DNA of 64,000 nucleotides from an uncultured Candidatus Saccharibacteria bacterium (GCA_964469405.1 CAYXYP010000001.1:36782-100781); one strand, 5' to 3'. Shown: positions 41,622 to 52,202, counted from the first letter of the stretch. Numbers and translations: made by a program. The notes: generated by a model not told the origin, from the letters alone.

Positions 41622-41729
41622 GTCGTGAACAAAACAGCGCCGCGAGAGGTAATCCTCCGCGGCGTTTTTGTCTACTTTTGTACCTTGCTTGCATGGTATT
41701 AAGCGCCTATGGTATCCTAAAAGGCACAG

Positions 41730-41969
41730 ATGGAGGCACTCGTATCGGCACTACCGTACGCAGAAATTGTCCTCGGAGTACTTCTCATCGTCGGTATCGT
41801 GCTCCAGCAGCGCGGTGCGACCCTCGGCGGAGCCTTCGGAGGCGATAATTTCGCGTCAACGTTTTACAAGCGCAGAGGCGCCGAGAAATTTCTATTCAAT
41901 GCGACAGCCGTTATCGCGCTCATACTTGTGCTCGCAGCGATAGCAAACTTCCTTCTTGTGAGGTCATGA
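41730..41969 (+). CDS. secG: Preprotein translocase SecG
   Basis: IVLQQRGATLGGAFGG...RRGAEKFL; two TMs. Confidence 0.9.
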   Translation: MEALVSALPYAEIVLGVLLIVGIVLQQRGATLGGAFGGDNFASTFYKRRGAEKFLFNATAVIALILVLAAIANFLLVRS

Positions 41970-43738
41970 TCGCCACAGAGAACGATTTGAGCGAGCAGCC
42001 ATCTAACGGCGTCTCCATCAAGAAACGTTTCCAGCTCTGGCAGGAACACATTACGCGCCCACGTACGATTCAACTATTCGAGCGTATACATGAGCGCATA
42101 CGCTCCTTCTCACCTGGCGATCGTTTCCTATTTTATGTACTTATGATTTTCGTCAGTATCGCCTCTCTTTCCAACCTCTACACACTGGAGCAATCGCTCT
42201 TGGTGCAAGTGCCAGCGTATGGAGGAAGTCTAACCGAAGGCGCAATTGGGAGTCCGCAATTCATAAATCCGCTCCTTGCAATCAGCGACGCAGACCGAGA
42301 CCTTTCCAGTCTCGCCTATGCCGGGCTTATGGGTCTCTCTGGCACCGGATCTCTCGTGCCGGTACTTGCTGAAAGTTACACGATGAGTGATGACGGAAGG
42401 ACCTACGATTTCATCCTGCGCAAAAATGCAAAATTCTCTGATGGAACGTCTGTTACTGCAGACGATATTGTCTTCACCGTAGGGAAAGCGCAGAATCCTG
42501 AGCTCAAGAGCCCAAAATATGCCGACTGGTCCGGCGTAAGTGTAAAAATGATCGATCAACACACGGTACGATTTACACTCTCGAAACCCTACGCGCCTTT
42601 CCTTGGACTCACCACCTTGGGAATTCTCCCCTCTCGACTCTGGCAGAATATATTGAATGAGGAGTTCCCTTTCTCCAACCTTGAGACGAATCCTGTGGGC
42701 GCCGGACCTTTCAAAGTCACCAGCATTTCGCGTGATGTGTCTGGACTTATCAAGAGTGTATCGTTCGCTCAGAATCCATTCTATGTACTCGGTCGACCGT
42801 ATCTTGATAACGTTCGTTTCATCTTCTATTCAAGAAGTGAGGATCTCGCAAAATCTCTCTCAAATGGAACCGTAGAGAGCGCCCATGATGTCTCGATGAA
42901 GGGAGTATTGACCGCCCCCTATGCCCGTGTTTTTGGTGTATTCTTTAACCCGAGCGAGAAACAAGTGTACGCGCGAGCGGAAGTACGTAAGGCACTCTCG
43001 CTCGCGCTTGATCGACAAGATATTGTCGATACAGTCCTCGGCGGTTATGCAACGGAAATTATTGGTCCGGTACCCCCTGGTGAAAATGTGAATCAGACTG
43101 TAGTTCCGAGGTCGGAGAACCCCACAGCAACTGCCGCTGCGGTACTTCAGGCTTCGGGATGGCTCTATGATGGATCTGCGCGAATATGGAAGAATGCGAG
43201 CGCGAAACAGACGCTTGATCGCATCACAATACGTACTTCGAACGTGCCCGAACTTAAGAATGTCGCAAGCGCAGTGAAAGCGGATTGGGAGCGCTTAGGA
43301 ATCTCTACCGATATCGAACTCTACGAACCGGGAGATCTTTCTCAAAATGTGATCCGCCCGCGGAAATACGAAGCACTCCTCTACGGTATGGTCATAGGTC
43401 GTGATCAGGATCTTTATGCGTTCTGGCATTCGCAGGAACGCAACGATCCGGGTCTCAACATCGCACGATATGCAAATAAAACTGTTGATGCTCTCCTCGA
43501 GGAGGCACGCAGTTCAGTCGACCAAAAGACACGCGCAGACGATCTTCAGAAAATTGAAGACCTTATCGCTGCAGATTATCCAGCGGCGTTTATTTATGCA
43601 CCGAACTTCACGTACGTCGTACCGAACGATCTTAAAGGTGTCGCCCTCTCGCAGATTATTACCCCCGTCGATCGTTTTGCGACAATTGCGTCGTGGTACA
43701 GAACGACCGATTCGGTCTGGCCATTTTTTGCAAATTAG
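41966..43738 (+). CDS. Family 5 (OppA/DppA-like) substrate-binding protein
   Basis: INPLLA, LAESY, FSDG-SVTADD, PVGAGPF. Confidence 0.88.
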   Translation: MIATENDLSEQPSNGVSIKKRFQLWQEHITRPRTIQLFERIHERIRSFSPGDRFLFYVLMIFVSIASLSNLYTLEQSLLVQVPAYGGSLTEGAIGSPQFINPLLAISDADRDLSSLAYAGLMGLSGTGSLVPVLAESYTMSDDGRTYDFILRKNAKFSDGTSVTADDIVFTVGKAQNPELKSPKYADWSGVSVKMIDQHTVRFTLSKPYAPFLGLTTLGILPSRLWQNILNEEFPFSNLETNPVGAGPFKVTSISRDVSGLIKSVSFAQNPFYVLGRPYLDNVRFIFYSRSEDLAKSLSNGTVESAHDVSMKGVLTAPYARVFGVFFNPSEKQVYARAEVRKALSLALDRQDIVDTVLGGYATEIIGPVPPGENVNQTVVPRSENPTATAAAVLQASGWLYDGSARIWKNASAKQTLDRITIRTSNVPELKNVASAVKADWERLGISTDIELYEPGDLSQNVIRPRKYEALLYGMVIGRDQDLYAFWHSQERNDPGLNIARYANKTVDALLEEARSSVDQKTRADDLQKIEDLIAADYPAAFIYAPNFTYVVPNDLKGVALSQIITPVDRFATIASWYRTTDSVWPFFAN

Positions 43739-43807
43739 CAGTGTTCATTATTTTCGTACGGGTTTCACTTTAACAATTTTACAACCCCGAATAACTCACT
43801 AATCGTT

Positions 43808-45709
43808 ATGAATCCAGCACCCGCACCTGCAGCCGCACCAAAACCGGAACAGGAAGCACACCCGAATCATGTTCGCCCTTCAGGAAATTTCGAACGTGGG
43901 AATCGCTCGGAACACCGAGGAACTCCACGTCCTGGCGGAGTTTCGCGCCGTATCCAGCGGATACTTCGTCGACCGAACGCTACGTCAACGCGGGCCGTTC
44001 GCTCTGTCGACTACTTCCCCGAGGCGCCCGGACCGACAACTGTTCGTATCATCCCTCTTGGTGGCGTAGAAGAAGTAGGCCGCAACATGGTTGCGGTTGA
44101 AGTTGGCGCAACCGGCGACATCATCGTCTTCGATGCAGGTTTCCAGTTCGTCTCCGAGGACTCTTCTCCTGGCGTCGACTACATTCTTCCAAATACTAAA
44201 TATCTCGAAAAGAACGCGGCCCGCGTGAAAGGCGTCATCATTACGCACGGACATCTCGACCACATCGGCGGCATTCCCTTCACCTTGCCGCGCTTTGGCA
44301 CGCCGCCCATCTACACACAGAAACTCACATCGGTCATGATTGCCCGCCGTCAGGAGGAATATCCGGACGTGCCGAAATCTGAAATGATTGTTGTAGAAGC
44401 TGGACAGTCAGTCGTCATCGGCAGTACACGAGTAAAGTTCTTCCCCGTTACGCACTCGATCCCTGACTCGATGGGTGCGTCGGTGGAAACGCCGCAAGGT
44501 AACGTCGTGATATCAGGCGATTTGAAGCTCGACCATGATGATGGAATTCCCTCTGCTCGCGAAAATAAGACGTGGGGCGACATTGGGAAAGACAAGAATA
44601 TTTTCCTCGTTGCCGACTCAACGAACGCAGAAAAAGATGGCTTCTCTATTCCAGAAATACGCGTCATTCAGACGCTTGAAAACATCATAAAGACCGTTTC
44701 AGGACGCCTCATTATCGGCACATTCGCCTCGCAGTTCGAGCGCATGATCCACATCATGGAAACCGCAGAGAAACACAATAAAAAGATTGTCCTTGTCGGT
44801 CGTTCAATAAAGACCAATCTCGAAATTGCCGAGAAAACCGGCCTCTTGAAAGTACCCAAAGATACCTTCATCCCTGAACAGGAGCTTGGCGACTACCCGC
44901 CAGACAAGATTGTCATCCTATCGACCGGCGCACAGGGTGAAGAGTTCGGTGGACTCATGCGTCTCTCAACAAAGCAGAATAAATACATCACACTCAATGA
45001 GCGCGACACTATCGTGCTCTCCTCTTCGGTCATCCCGGGCAACGAAATAGCGGTTCAGAAATTGAAGGACAACCTCTACCGCCACAACGTAACACTCATT
45101 CACTATCGCTCATCAGATGTCCACTCGACCGGCCACGGCAATACAGGAGAACTCGTCTGGATCAATAAGCAAGTACACCCGACATTCTTTATGCCAGGCT
45201 ATGGCTATCGCTCCATGACCACGTGCCACGCAAAGGCGGTCGAGCAATCCGGCTTTCCGCGTGAGAACATCATCCTCGCGGACAACGGCACCGTTATCGA
45301 TATCGAGGACGGCGTACGGCTGAATGTGCACAAACAAAAAGTCCCTTCCACGCCGATGGTTGTCGACGGCTTTACTATTGGCGACATACAGGAGGTCGTC
45401 ATCCGCGACCGCCAATCACTCGCGAAGGACGGGATGTTCGTCATTATTGCGAGCGTTAACTTAAAAACCGGGAAGCTTCGCAAATCGCCCGACATCATCA
45501 GTCGTGGATTCATCTATTTGCGTGAATCACAAAATCTTCTGAACGAGGCGCGTATCCTTATAAAAAAGACGATTGAGGACTCCACACAGAATATGAACCC
45601 GGTCGATCTCGATTATGTGAAGAACAATCTCACTGATGTGCTAGCTGGATTCCTATTTTCCCGCACCAACAAAGCTCCGATGGTAATTCCTGTGCTTATC
45701 GGAATGTGA
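43808..45709 (+). CDS. rnj: Ribonuclease J
   Basis: PLGGVEEVGRN, THGHLDHIG, HSIPD, HSTGH. Confidence 0.95.
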   Translation: MNPAPAPAAAPKPEQEAHPNHVRPSGNFERGNRSEHRGTPRPGGVSRRIQRILRRPNATSTRAVRSVDYFPEAPGPTTVRIIPLGGVEEVGRNMVAVEVGATGDIIVFDAGFQFVSEDSSPGVDYILPNTKYLEKNAARVKGVIITHGHLDHIGGIPFTLPRFGTPPIYTQKLTSVMIARRQEEYPDVPKSEMIVVEAGQSVVIGSTRVKFFPVTHSIPDSMGASVETPQGNVVISGDLKLDHDDGIPSARENKTWGDIGKDKNIFLVADSTNAEKDGFSIPEIRVIQTLENIIKTVSGRLIIGTFASQFERMIHIMETAEKHNKKIVLVGRSIKTNLEIAEKTGLLKVPKDTFIPEQELGDYPPDKIVILSTGAQGEEFGGLMRLSTKQNKYITLNERDTIVLSSSVIPGNEIAVQKLKDNLYRHNVTLIHYRSSDVHSTGHGNTGELVWINKQVHPTFFMPGYGYRSMTTCHAKAVEQSGFPRENIILADNGTVIDIEDGVRLNVHKQKVPSTPMVVDGFTIGDIQEVVIRDRQSLAKDGMFVIIASVNLKTGKLRKSPDIISRGFIYLRESQNLLNEARILIKKTIEDSTQNMNPVDLDYVKNNLTDVLAGFLFSRTNKAPMVIPVLIGM

Positions 45710-45817
45710 TTTTACTAAACGTAAAATCATGTCGATAAAAGAAAGCGCCGCATTTGCGGCGCTTTCTTTTATCGACTAGCGGGGAGCCGCTCCCTCTCGT
45801 TGTAGTAATTTTAATCA

Positions 45818-46630
45818 CTAGAGCGGCAAGGCAAAAGCCTTGCCGCGCTTTTGTATGAGACCTTCAGTGCTGAGATCGTGAAGCGCTTGATGCACTTGAG
45901 GAACTCTCTCCCTATCGAAAAGATGTTTGAGACGCGCTTCAGTGCGTGAGCCCGTGGTAAGATCGCGAAGAATTGCGCCACGAACCTCTCGTAAAGAGCC
46001 AGCGAACTTCGACTGTTTCGTGTAGTTTCGAGTACGTGCATTATGCGAGACACCCGAACGCTTGAGGTGCGCTCCGTAGTCCATAAGTGCGCTATACCAT
46101 TCTCGCGACTTCCCTTTTGACAGCACTCCTGCGAGAATTTTTTCAATCTCCTTATCCGATATTTTTCTTTTATTCGGGAAGAAATGAGAAATAACTGCTG
46201 TGCGAATATTTGTCTCAATCATGATGACATCCTGATTGTATGCAAACGTCGCTACCGCACGCGCAGTATAAGGACCAACACCGGGAAACGCTTGGATCTC
46301 TTCAACGCTCTTTGGAAATTCCCCGCCGTAGTTCTTAATCAATTCTTTTGCAGCTTGATGCAGCATTTTCGCACGACGATTGTAGCCGAGTCCTTGCCAG
46401 CTTTGGAGCACCTCGGGGAGTGACGCCTTCGCGAGCGCACGAGCGGTCGGAAACTTCTTTAGAAAGTTTTTATAGAAAGGAATTACACGCTCCACTTGCG
46501 TCTGCTGTAGCATCACTTCCGAAACAAGAATTCTGTATGGGTCTTTCGTCTTCCGCCATGGCAGATCATGTCGCCCAGATTTTTTATAATGCGTCCAAAC
46601 AATTTTACGGAATATCGCGCTTCCTGACAT
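45818..46630 (-). CDS. mutY: A/G-specific adenine glycosylase, short form lacking Fe-S cysteines
   Basis: LPWR, SEVMLQQTQV, GLGYNRRA, PGVGPYTA. Confidence 0.88.
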   Translation of the reverse strand: MSGSAIFRKIVWTHYKKSGRHDLPWRKTKDPYRILVSEVMLQQTQVERVIPFYKNFLKKFPTARALAKASLPEVLQSWQGLGYNRRAKMLHQAAKELIKNYGGEFPKSVEEIQAFPGVGPYTARAVATFAYNQDVIMIETNIRTAVISHFFPNKRKISDKEIEKILAGVLSKGKSREWYSALMDYGAHLKRSGVSHNARTRNYTKQSKFAGSLREVRGAILRDLTTGSRTEARLKHLFDRERVPQVHQALHDLSTEGLIQKRGKAFALPL

Positions 46631-46636
46631 ACATAC

Positions 46637-47305
46637 TCACTTCGCCTTCGGCCAGCAAAGGGCGGCAGGCGGCCAGAGTTTCGTAAGAGGATGTCCGGCA
46701 CAATCGTGCGGGCGCGCGGGACATACGTACCTGCCGTAAAGAACGAGACCATTGTTCACGTATTTCCAATCTTTTTTTGGTATGAGAGCCTCGAGATCTT
46801 TCGAGATCTTTGTCAGGTCAGTATTGTCGGCGAGGTCGAATCGTTTAGCGAAACGCTTTACGTGAGTGTCAGTCGGAATACCTTCCCATATGTCATGAAG
46901 GTCACCAAGAATAACGTGCGCCGTCTTGTAGCCCACGCCTGGTAATTCGACAAGCTCTGCTTCGGTCTGCGGCACGATCCCGTTGTGTCGCGCATGGATC
47001 TCTTTCGCTGCCCCGATAATCGCCTTTGCTTTATTTCGAAAGAATGTGACGGAAGAAATTTCTTTTGTAAAAATCGCTGGCTTCGCGTTCGCAAAATCAT
47101 GTGGCGTTTTATATTTCTTAAAGAGAGTTGCGGTCAGTTTATTTACTGCTTTATCAGTACACTGCGCCGACAGTATGACTGCCACAACAAATTGAAACGG
47201 TGCCGTATGTACGAGCTCGCTCTTCGGAGTTGGGTATGTCCTTTTTAGGTACGAGACGATTTTCTTTGCACGGAGCGCCCGTTCTTTTTGTTTCGCCGGG
47301 GTCAT
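46637..47305 (-). CDS. nth: Endonuclease III
   Basis: LSAQCTD, LPGVGYKTA, DTHV. Confidence 0.9.
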   Translation of the reverse strand: MTPAKQKERALRAKKIVSYLKRTYPTPKSELVHTAPFQFVVAVILSAQCTDKAVNKLTATLFKKYKTPHDFANAKPAIFTKEISSVTFFRNKAKAIIGAAKEIHARHNGIVPQTEAELVELPGVGYKTAHVILGDLHDIWEGIPTDTHVKRFAKRFDLADNTDLTKISKDLEALIPKKDWKYVNNGLVLYGRYVCPARPHDCAGHPLTKLWPPAALCWPKAK

Positions 47306-47775
47306 CGAGCCAGTATTTTCAGATCAGCAATAACTTCCGTCGCATGTACTTCAGGCTTCACTTTTTCATACACCTTTGCGATCTCCCCTTCTGGATCGAC
47401 GAGGAACGACGTGCGTCGCGTGCCCATGTACGTTTTCCCCATAAATTTTTTCTCACCAAACACACCATACTGCCCTACCACTTCTTTATTCACATCAGCA
47501 AGAAGGGTAAACGGTAATTCGTAGGCACTCGCAAATTTCTTATGACTTGCGACACTGTCGGTTGAAACTCCGAGTACGATTGCATCGATGTTAGTAAAAT
47601 CTTTGAATTGATCCCGAATTGTGCAGGCCTCAATCGTGCACCCCGGAGTATCATCCTTCGGATAAAAATAGAGCAGGAACCACTTCCCCTTATAATCAGA
47701 GAGACTGTGCTCCTTCCCTTCTTGATCAGGAAGAGTGAAGGCGGGCGCTCGAGTACCAATTTCCGGTATTTCCAT
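47302..47775 (-). CDS. bcp: Peroxiredoxin Bcp
   Basis: YFYPKDDTPGCTIEAC. Confidence 0.93.
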   Translation of the reverse strand: MEIPEIGTRAPAFTLPDQEGKEHSLSDYKGKWFLLYFYPKDDTPGCTIEACTIRDQFKDFTNIDAIVLGVSTDSVASHKKFASAYELPFTLLADVNKEVVGQYGVFGEKKFMGKTYMGTRRTSFLVDPEGEIAKVYEKVKPEVHATEVIADLKILAR

Positions 47776-47783
47776 TGGCGCAA

Positions 47784-48950
47784 CTATAGCATCTCAGACG
47801 TATGTTCCTCGTGAGGGAAAGCAAAATTGAAGAAAATGAGGAGGAGCGCACCCGCAGAAAAGATAGTAAAGAGAAGGAGGATAGAGACGCCAACGACAGG
47901 TACGAGTGCGATGAGCGAGAACGCGAGCATGCCGAACACACCATCGCGCCACAACACCGTTTCTCGTTTTGAAAATTGACGTGCAAATATACCACCGATC
48001 AAAATACCTGCGTAGAGAAGCGCGAAAAGTACGAGTAACGCGTACAGGATAATGAGAAGGAGCGCGAGACCAATACCGACAAACGTAAGAGCGAGCAGAG
48101 TAACGAGGACCGGTGCTGCCACAAGTATCGCAAAACCAAGCAACATCGTAAGAAAAATACCCCTCACGCGTGCAGTATAGGCGCGATCAACGACTGCTTC
48201 CGCAAGCCTTGGGAAAAGACCGGCCAAAAGTCCCGCAAGAATAAGTGCACCAAAAATACGAACGAAAAGGAAGAATCCGATACTCACGAGCGCAAGTATG
48301 CGCGATGTGCCGATATCAGGCAGGTAAGAAGCGTTTGTATATTTAACACCCCCGATTATCGTCGCTGATGCAGGGATTATCGCCGTTTCAGGCGCTTCAT
48401 AGGAGAACTTCCCGCGAATAGTAGTCCCCTCTGCAAGAGTAACTCGACCACTCGCAACGATGTCGACATCGTCTACGAAGTCGCCCGCAAGTGAGATATT
48501 ATTGCCATACAAAGTGACGGGACCCAATGCGCCGTTGGTCAAAGTGGCGTTCGCGGCAATGATAAAGGTACTCCCCATTGAACGACCGGAATCGTGAACG
48601 GAAAGCCCGAGGGCGACAAGATCACCTCCGACCGGTTCTCCAATCGTAATACTTCCGCCCATTGCCCGAAGATCTCCGCCTATTTTTGCGCGTGAACTTA
48701 TCGAACCCGCAATAAGGAGCTCATCGCCATCCACTCTTGCCGCAGTTACAATCGACCCGCCAAAAGCTGAGAAGTCGCCGGCAACTGGCGCAGTAAGTAC
48801 GACTGAAGCACCTGCGGCATATGCATTCCCAGGCGAAGAACTTGTGGCAATCAGTGACTGCGCAGCAAAGAAAGACGCCGGACCATTAGCTGCAAGCACA
48901 CTCAGTGGCAGGAGGAACGAAATAGATAGAGCGACCAAGACACGCTTCAT
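47784..48950 (-). CDS. Bactofilin-like beta-helix membrane protein
   Basis: Signal peptide, repeated GD-x-x-x-GG-I beta-helix units, C-terminal TMs. Confidence 0.65.
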   Translation of the reverse strand: MKRVLVALSISFLLPLSVLAANGPASFFAAQSLIATSSSPGNAYAAGASVVLTAPVAGDFSAFGGSIVTAARVDGDELLIAGSISSRAKIGGDLRAMGGSITIGEPVGGDLVALGLSVHDSGRSMGSTFIIAANATLTNGALGPVTLYGNNISLAGDFVDDVDIVASGRVTLAEGTTIRGKFSYEAPETAIIPASATIIGGVKYTNASYLPDIGTSRILALVSIGFFLFVRIFGALILAGLLAGLFPRLAEAVVDRAYTARVRGIFLTMLLGFAILVAAPVLVTLLALTFVGIGLALLLIILYALLVLFALLYAGILIGGIFARQFSKRETVLWRDGVFGMLAFSLIALVPVVGVSILLLFTIFSAGALLLIFFNFAFPHEEHTSEML

Positions 48951-49003
48951 AACGAGTAGGATACGCTCTTGGATACCCCTACGCAACTGATACACTAAAA
49001 CAG

Positions 49004-49369
49004 ATGAAAGAGCTGACTAAAGAAGAGCACCACGTGATACGAGAAGGCGGCACAGAGGCCCGCTTCTCTGGCAAATACGTCAACAATCACGAAGCGGGTA
49101 TGTACACCTGTCGGGCCTGTGGCGCAACACTATTTAGCTCAGACGCGAAGTTTGATTCAGGTACTGGCTGGCCATCTTTCACTGATCCAGCAGTCGCTGA
49201 GAATGTGGGGACTCGTAGCGACGATACGCTTGGCATGCGCCGTACAGAAGTATTTTGTAAAAACTGCAATGGACATTTGGGGCATGTCTTTGAAGACGGT
49301 CCCGCCGAAAAGGGCGGGAAACGTTATTGTATTAATTCGGTTTGTCTCGATTTTGAAAAGAAAGATTAA
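49004..49369 (+). CDS. msrB: Methionine-R-sulfoxide reductase
   Basis: GTE, SGTGWPSF, HLGHVF-DGP, RYCINS. Confidence 0.95.
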   Translation: MKELTKEEHHVIREGGTEARFSGKYVNNHEAGMYTCRACGATLFSSDAKFDSGTGWPSFTDPAVAENVGTRSDDTLGMRRTEVFCKNCNGHLGHVFEDGPAEKGGKRYCINSVCLDFEKKD

Positions 49370-49433
49370 GCTTGCTCCGAAAATGTGCTCATTTTCGGAG
49401 TGATTTTCGCTCCTTGGGTTACCAAGGAAAAAA

Positions 49434-49904
49434 TCAAATGTGGCAAACGACACGACCGGGATTCTTTTCGGCATAGCGCTGATGATATTCTTCTGCTTTC
49501 CAAAAAATACTCGCCGATTCGATCGAGGTTGCAATAGTTTTGGGTAAATACTGTGACGCAAGTTCTTTTTTCACTTTCTCAGCAATCTCTTTTTGTTCTT
49601 CAGAGTGACAGAAAATAACTGACCGATACTGTTCGCCCACATCCGGACCCTGTCGATTCATCTGCGTAGGATCATGGAGCGCAAAGAATTTCTTCACGAG
49701 CGTTTCGTACGATACTTTCTCGGGGTCGTATGAAATTTCGACCGCTTCGGCATGACCAGTGGTACCGTCACATACACGTTCGTAGGTGGGACTCTCAACA
49801 TGTCCTCCGGTATAACCCGATGTCGCATCTAGCACGCCCGGTACCGAAAGAAACGACGCTTCCACGCCCCAGAAACATCCTGCTGCAAACGTCGCTTTTC
49901 CCAT
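49434..49904 (-). CDS. msrA: Methionine-S-sulfoxide reductase
   Basis: GCFWG, GHAEAV, HDPT, AEEYHQ. Confidence 0.95.
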   Translation of the reverse strand: MGKATFAAGCFWGVEASFLSVPGVLDATSGYTGGHVESPTYERVCDGTTGHAEAVEISYDPEKVSYETLVKKFFALHDPTQMNRQGPDVGEQYRSVIFCHSEEQKEIAEKVKKELASQYLPKTIATSIESASIFWKAEEYHQRYAEKNPGRVVCHI

Positions 49905-49919
49905 GTAATTATTATACGC

Positions 49920-50618
49920 CTACCGGAGAATCTTCCAGCGCTTATAGAGCGCAGCAGTAGCGAAAAGGTCACCGGCATTATAGTGCGCAATGTCGAGATA
50001 TTTTTTCTCTTTGTAGAGGGTGGCGACGTCGTCGCCGGTGGTGCCGGATGCTTTCGGACTTTGTATGCCGAGCGCGCGACAAAAAAGATGTAAACTCTTG
50101 CGGAAGCGCGCGGCGCCGTAAAACGTAAGTTGATCCATGAGATCGATATGTGTGACGCCTCTCTGCATCGAGAGGTAGCGATTACTCAGCAAGTCTCTCG
50201 TTGGCACGACGTTGTGTACCATCGAACGGATAGCGAGAAACGGCGCGTCGAAACCGCGACCATTGAATGAGACAAACTCCGTGCAGACGGCTGCGATTTT
50301 CCAGAATTGTTCGAGCATTGCCTTCTCATCCATTACTTCGTATTTGATGCCATTTCCCTCGCTTGCTTCTATAGTTGCGTCAGGAGCGGAGAAATATACG
50401 GCGCCTTTCTCTCGTTCAGTGTCATACACACCGATTGCAACAATAGAACCAGTCAAAGGAGAAAGTCCCATTCCCTCTTTTAATTCCTTCATCTCATACG
50501 CATACTCTTCGTCGTTCTTCGACGACTCACGCAAATACCATGAGAGGTTGTGCTGCGTCGTCTCGTCAAGAGCATCCCACTCCTCGCCGACTGTCTCTAT
50601 ATCAAATACAAGTGCCAT
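49920..50618 (-). CDS. PolB-like 3'-5' exonuclease (DEDDy)
   Basis: FDIET, SFNGRGFD, YNAGD. Confidence 0.8.
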   Translation of the reverse strand: MALVFDIETVGEEWDALDETTQHNLSWYLRESSKNDEEYAYEMKELKEGMGLSPLTGSIVAIGVYDTEREKGAVYFSAPDATIEASEGNGIKYEVMDEKAMLEQFWKIAAVCTEFVSFNGRGFDAPFLAIRSMVHNVVPTRDLLSNRYLSMQRGVTHIDLMDQLTFYGAARFRKSLHLFCRALGIQSPKASGTTGDDVATLYKEKKYLDIAHYNAGDLFATAALYKRWKILR

Positions 50619-50640
50619 AAACACAGTATATACTGCACGG

Positions 50641-51552
50641 ATGAACGCAAAAATGATTCGAGCGATTGTTGCCCTCGTACTCACGCTCGCGGCAGGTGGT
50701 GCGGGATATGCGGCAGGCGGCAGTGAGATGGAGAGTACGGCCGTAAGCATTCCCGCACAAACCGTTTCGGCGCCAATCACGGGCACGACACGCGTCATTT
50801 ATAGTCTTGATTCGAAACAAAATGATCAAGAACTCATTGCTCTTATCAATGACGCAGAGGAGCACGTCTACTTTGCGATTTATACGTTCACCCTTCCCAA
50901 CATTGCTGATGCACTTGTCGAAGCGAAAAAACGCGGGGTTGATGTGAGAGGGATTGTGGACTCAAAACAAAGCAGTAATAGCTATGGCGCGCCCATTGTC
51001 GCTACAATGAGTGCTGCCGGCATTCCAATCGTGACCGAGAAGCATGCGACCGGAAATGGCATCATGCACATCAAACTCCTTGTGACAGAAAAAGCGTATG
51101 CGTTTGGCAGTTACAACTGGACCCGATCTGCGACAACTATCAACGATGAAATTCTTGAAATCGGTACTGACCCTCCGCTCCGACAGGCATATGAAAACAT
51201 ATTGAAACGACTGCTCGACGCCTACAAAGGCAACGCGGCCGCTAGCGCGGCCGCGCCTGTTTCTATCGGAACAATCGACTATACCGAAGCAGGCGCACAT
51301 ATCGGCGATCTTGCTTCAGTACGCGGTACTCTCATTGAGGCCTATACCTCCAAGAGTGGCACTGTCTTTCTTGATTTCTGTAAGAGCTACAAGAGCTGCC
51401 CGTTTTCTGGCGTTATCTTCGCCGATGACGCGAAGAAATTCGGGGACCTTTCTCGATATGTTGGCACCACTATCACCCTCACCGGAAAGATTTCATCGTA
51501 TCAGAGTAAAGCCGAGATAATCCTCTCCAACCCGAACCAGATTTCAAAATAA
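50641..51552 (+). CDS. Exported PLD-family (Nuc-like) nuclease with C-terminal OB fold
   Basis: Signal peptide; AIYTFT; MHIKLLVTE...GSYNWT; OB-fold-like tail. Confidence 0.75.
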   Translation: MNAKMIRAIVALVLTLAAGGAGYAAGGSEMESTAVSIPAQTVSAPITGTTRVIYSLDSKQNDQELIALINDAEEHVYFAIYTFTLPNIADALVEAKKRGVDVRGIVDSKQSSNSYGAPIVATMSAAGIPIVTEKHATGNGIMHIKLLVTEKAYAFGSYNWTRSATTINDEILEIGTDPPLRQAYENILKRLLDAYKGNAAASAAAPVSIGTIDYTEAGAHIGDLASVRGTLIEAYTSKSGTVFLDFCKSYKSCPFSGVIFADDAKKFGDLSRYVGTTITLTGKISSYQSKAEIILSNPNQISK

Positions 51553-51623
51553 TCCTCCAGAACAGAGCCCTTTAAGGAACTTGCTCTGTCTACCCTTTTC
51601 ATGCTATATTATCAGCACTTCCA

Positions 51624-52184
51624 GTGGCTACTGACCGACTTCGTATAAATAATGAGATCCGCGCGCAAGAATTGCGCGTTATTAGTAACGATGGAGGAAA
51701 TTTAGGTGTCCTCACGCTCGATGCGGCGCTCGCAGCGGCGAAGCTGGCAGGGCTTGATCTCATCGAAATTTCTCCCTCGGCCGTCCCGCCCATTGCGAAG
51801 ATCATGGATTATGGTAAATTCGAGTACGAGCGTAGCAAGAAGGAAAAGGTAGCAAAAGCCAAGGTCAAAGTGTCCGAAACCAAGGAAGTCCAGATCAAGG
51901 TAGGCACGGGCGACCATGATATGGGACTTAAGGCGAAAAAGGCGGCCGAATGGATGGCTGAAGGCCATCGAGTACGCGCCGAGCTCTTTCTCAAAGGCCG
52001 CTACAAGGGCATGGAGGAGGCATTCCTAAAGGAACGCCTCGAGAGGTTTCTCAAGCTCATTCCCTATGCCTATAAGATCGCTGAGCCGGTCGCAAGAAGC
52101 CCAAAGGGCTTCGCCGGAGTCATCGAGCGAGACCTTATAGCCCAGGCGAAACGCGAAAAGGAAGCAAAAACAGCCAGCAAGTGA
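51624..52184 (+). CDS. infC: Translation initiation factor IF-3
   Basis: RINNEI, LDLIEIS, KIMDYGKF. Confidence 0.95.
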   Translation: MATDRLRINNEIRAQELRVISNDGGNLGVLTLDAALAAAKLAGLDLIEISPSAVPPIAKIMDYGKFEYERSKKEKVAKAKVKVSETKEVQIKVGTGDHDMGLKAKKAAEWMAEGHRVRAELFLKGRYKGMEEAFLKERLERFLKLIPYAYKIAEPVARSPKGFAGVIERDLIAQAKREKEAKTASK

Positions 52185-52202
52185 CCCTGCTGAATCAACC
52201 AC

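Noticed and set aside
50212-50798. Long overlapping N-terminal extensions of the PLD and exonuclease ORFs
   Set aside because: Likely true starts are 50641 and 50618, flanking a shared -10 box
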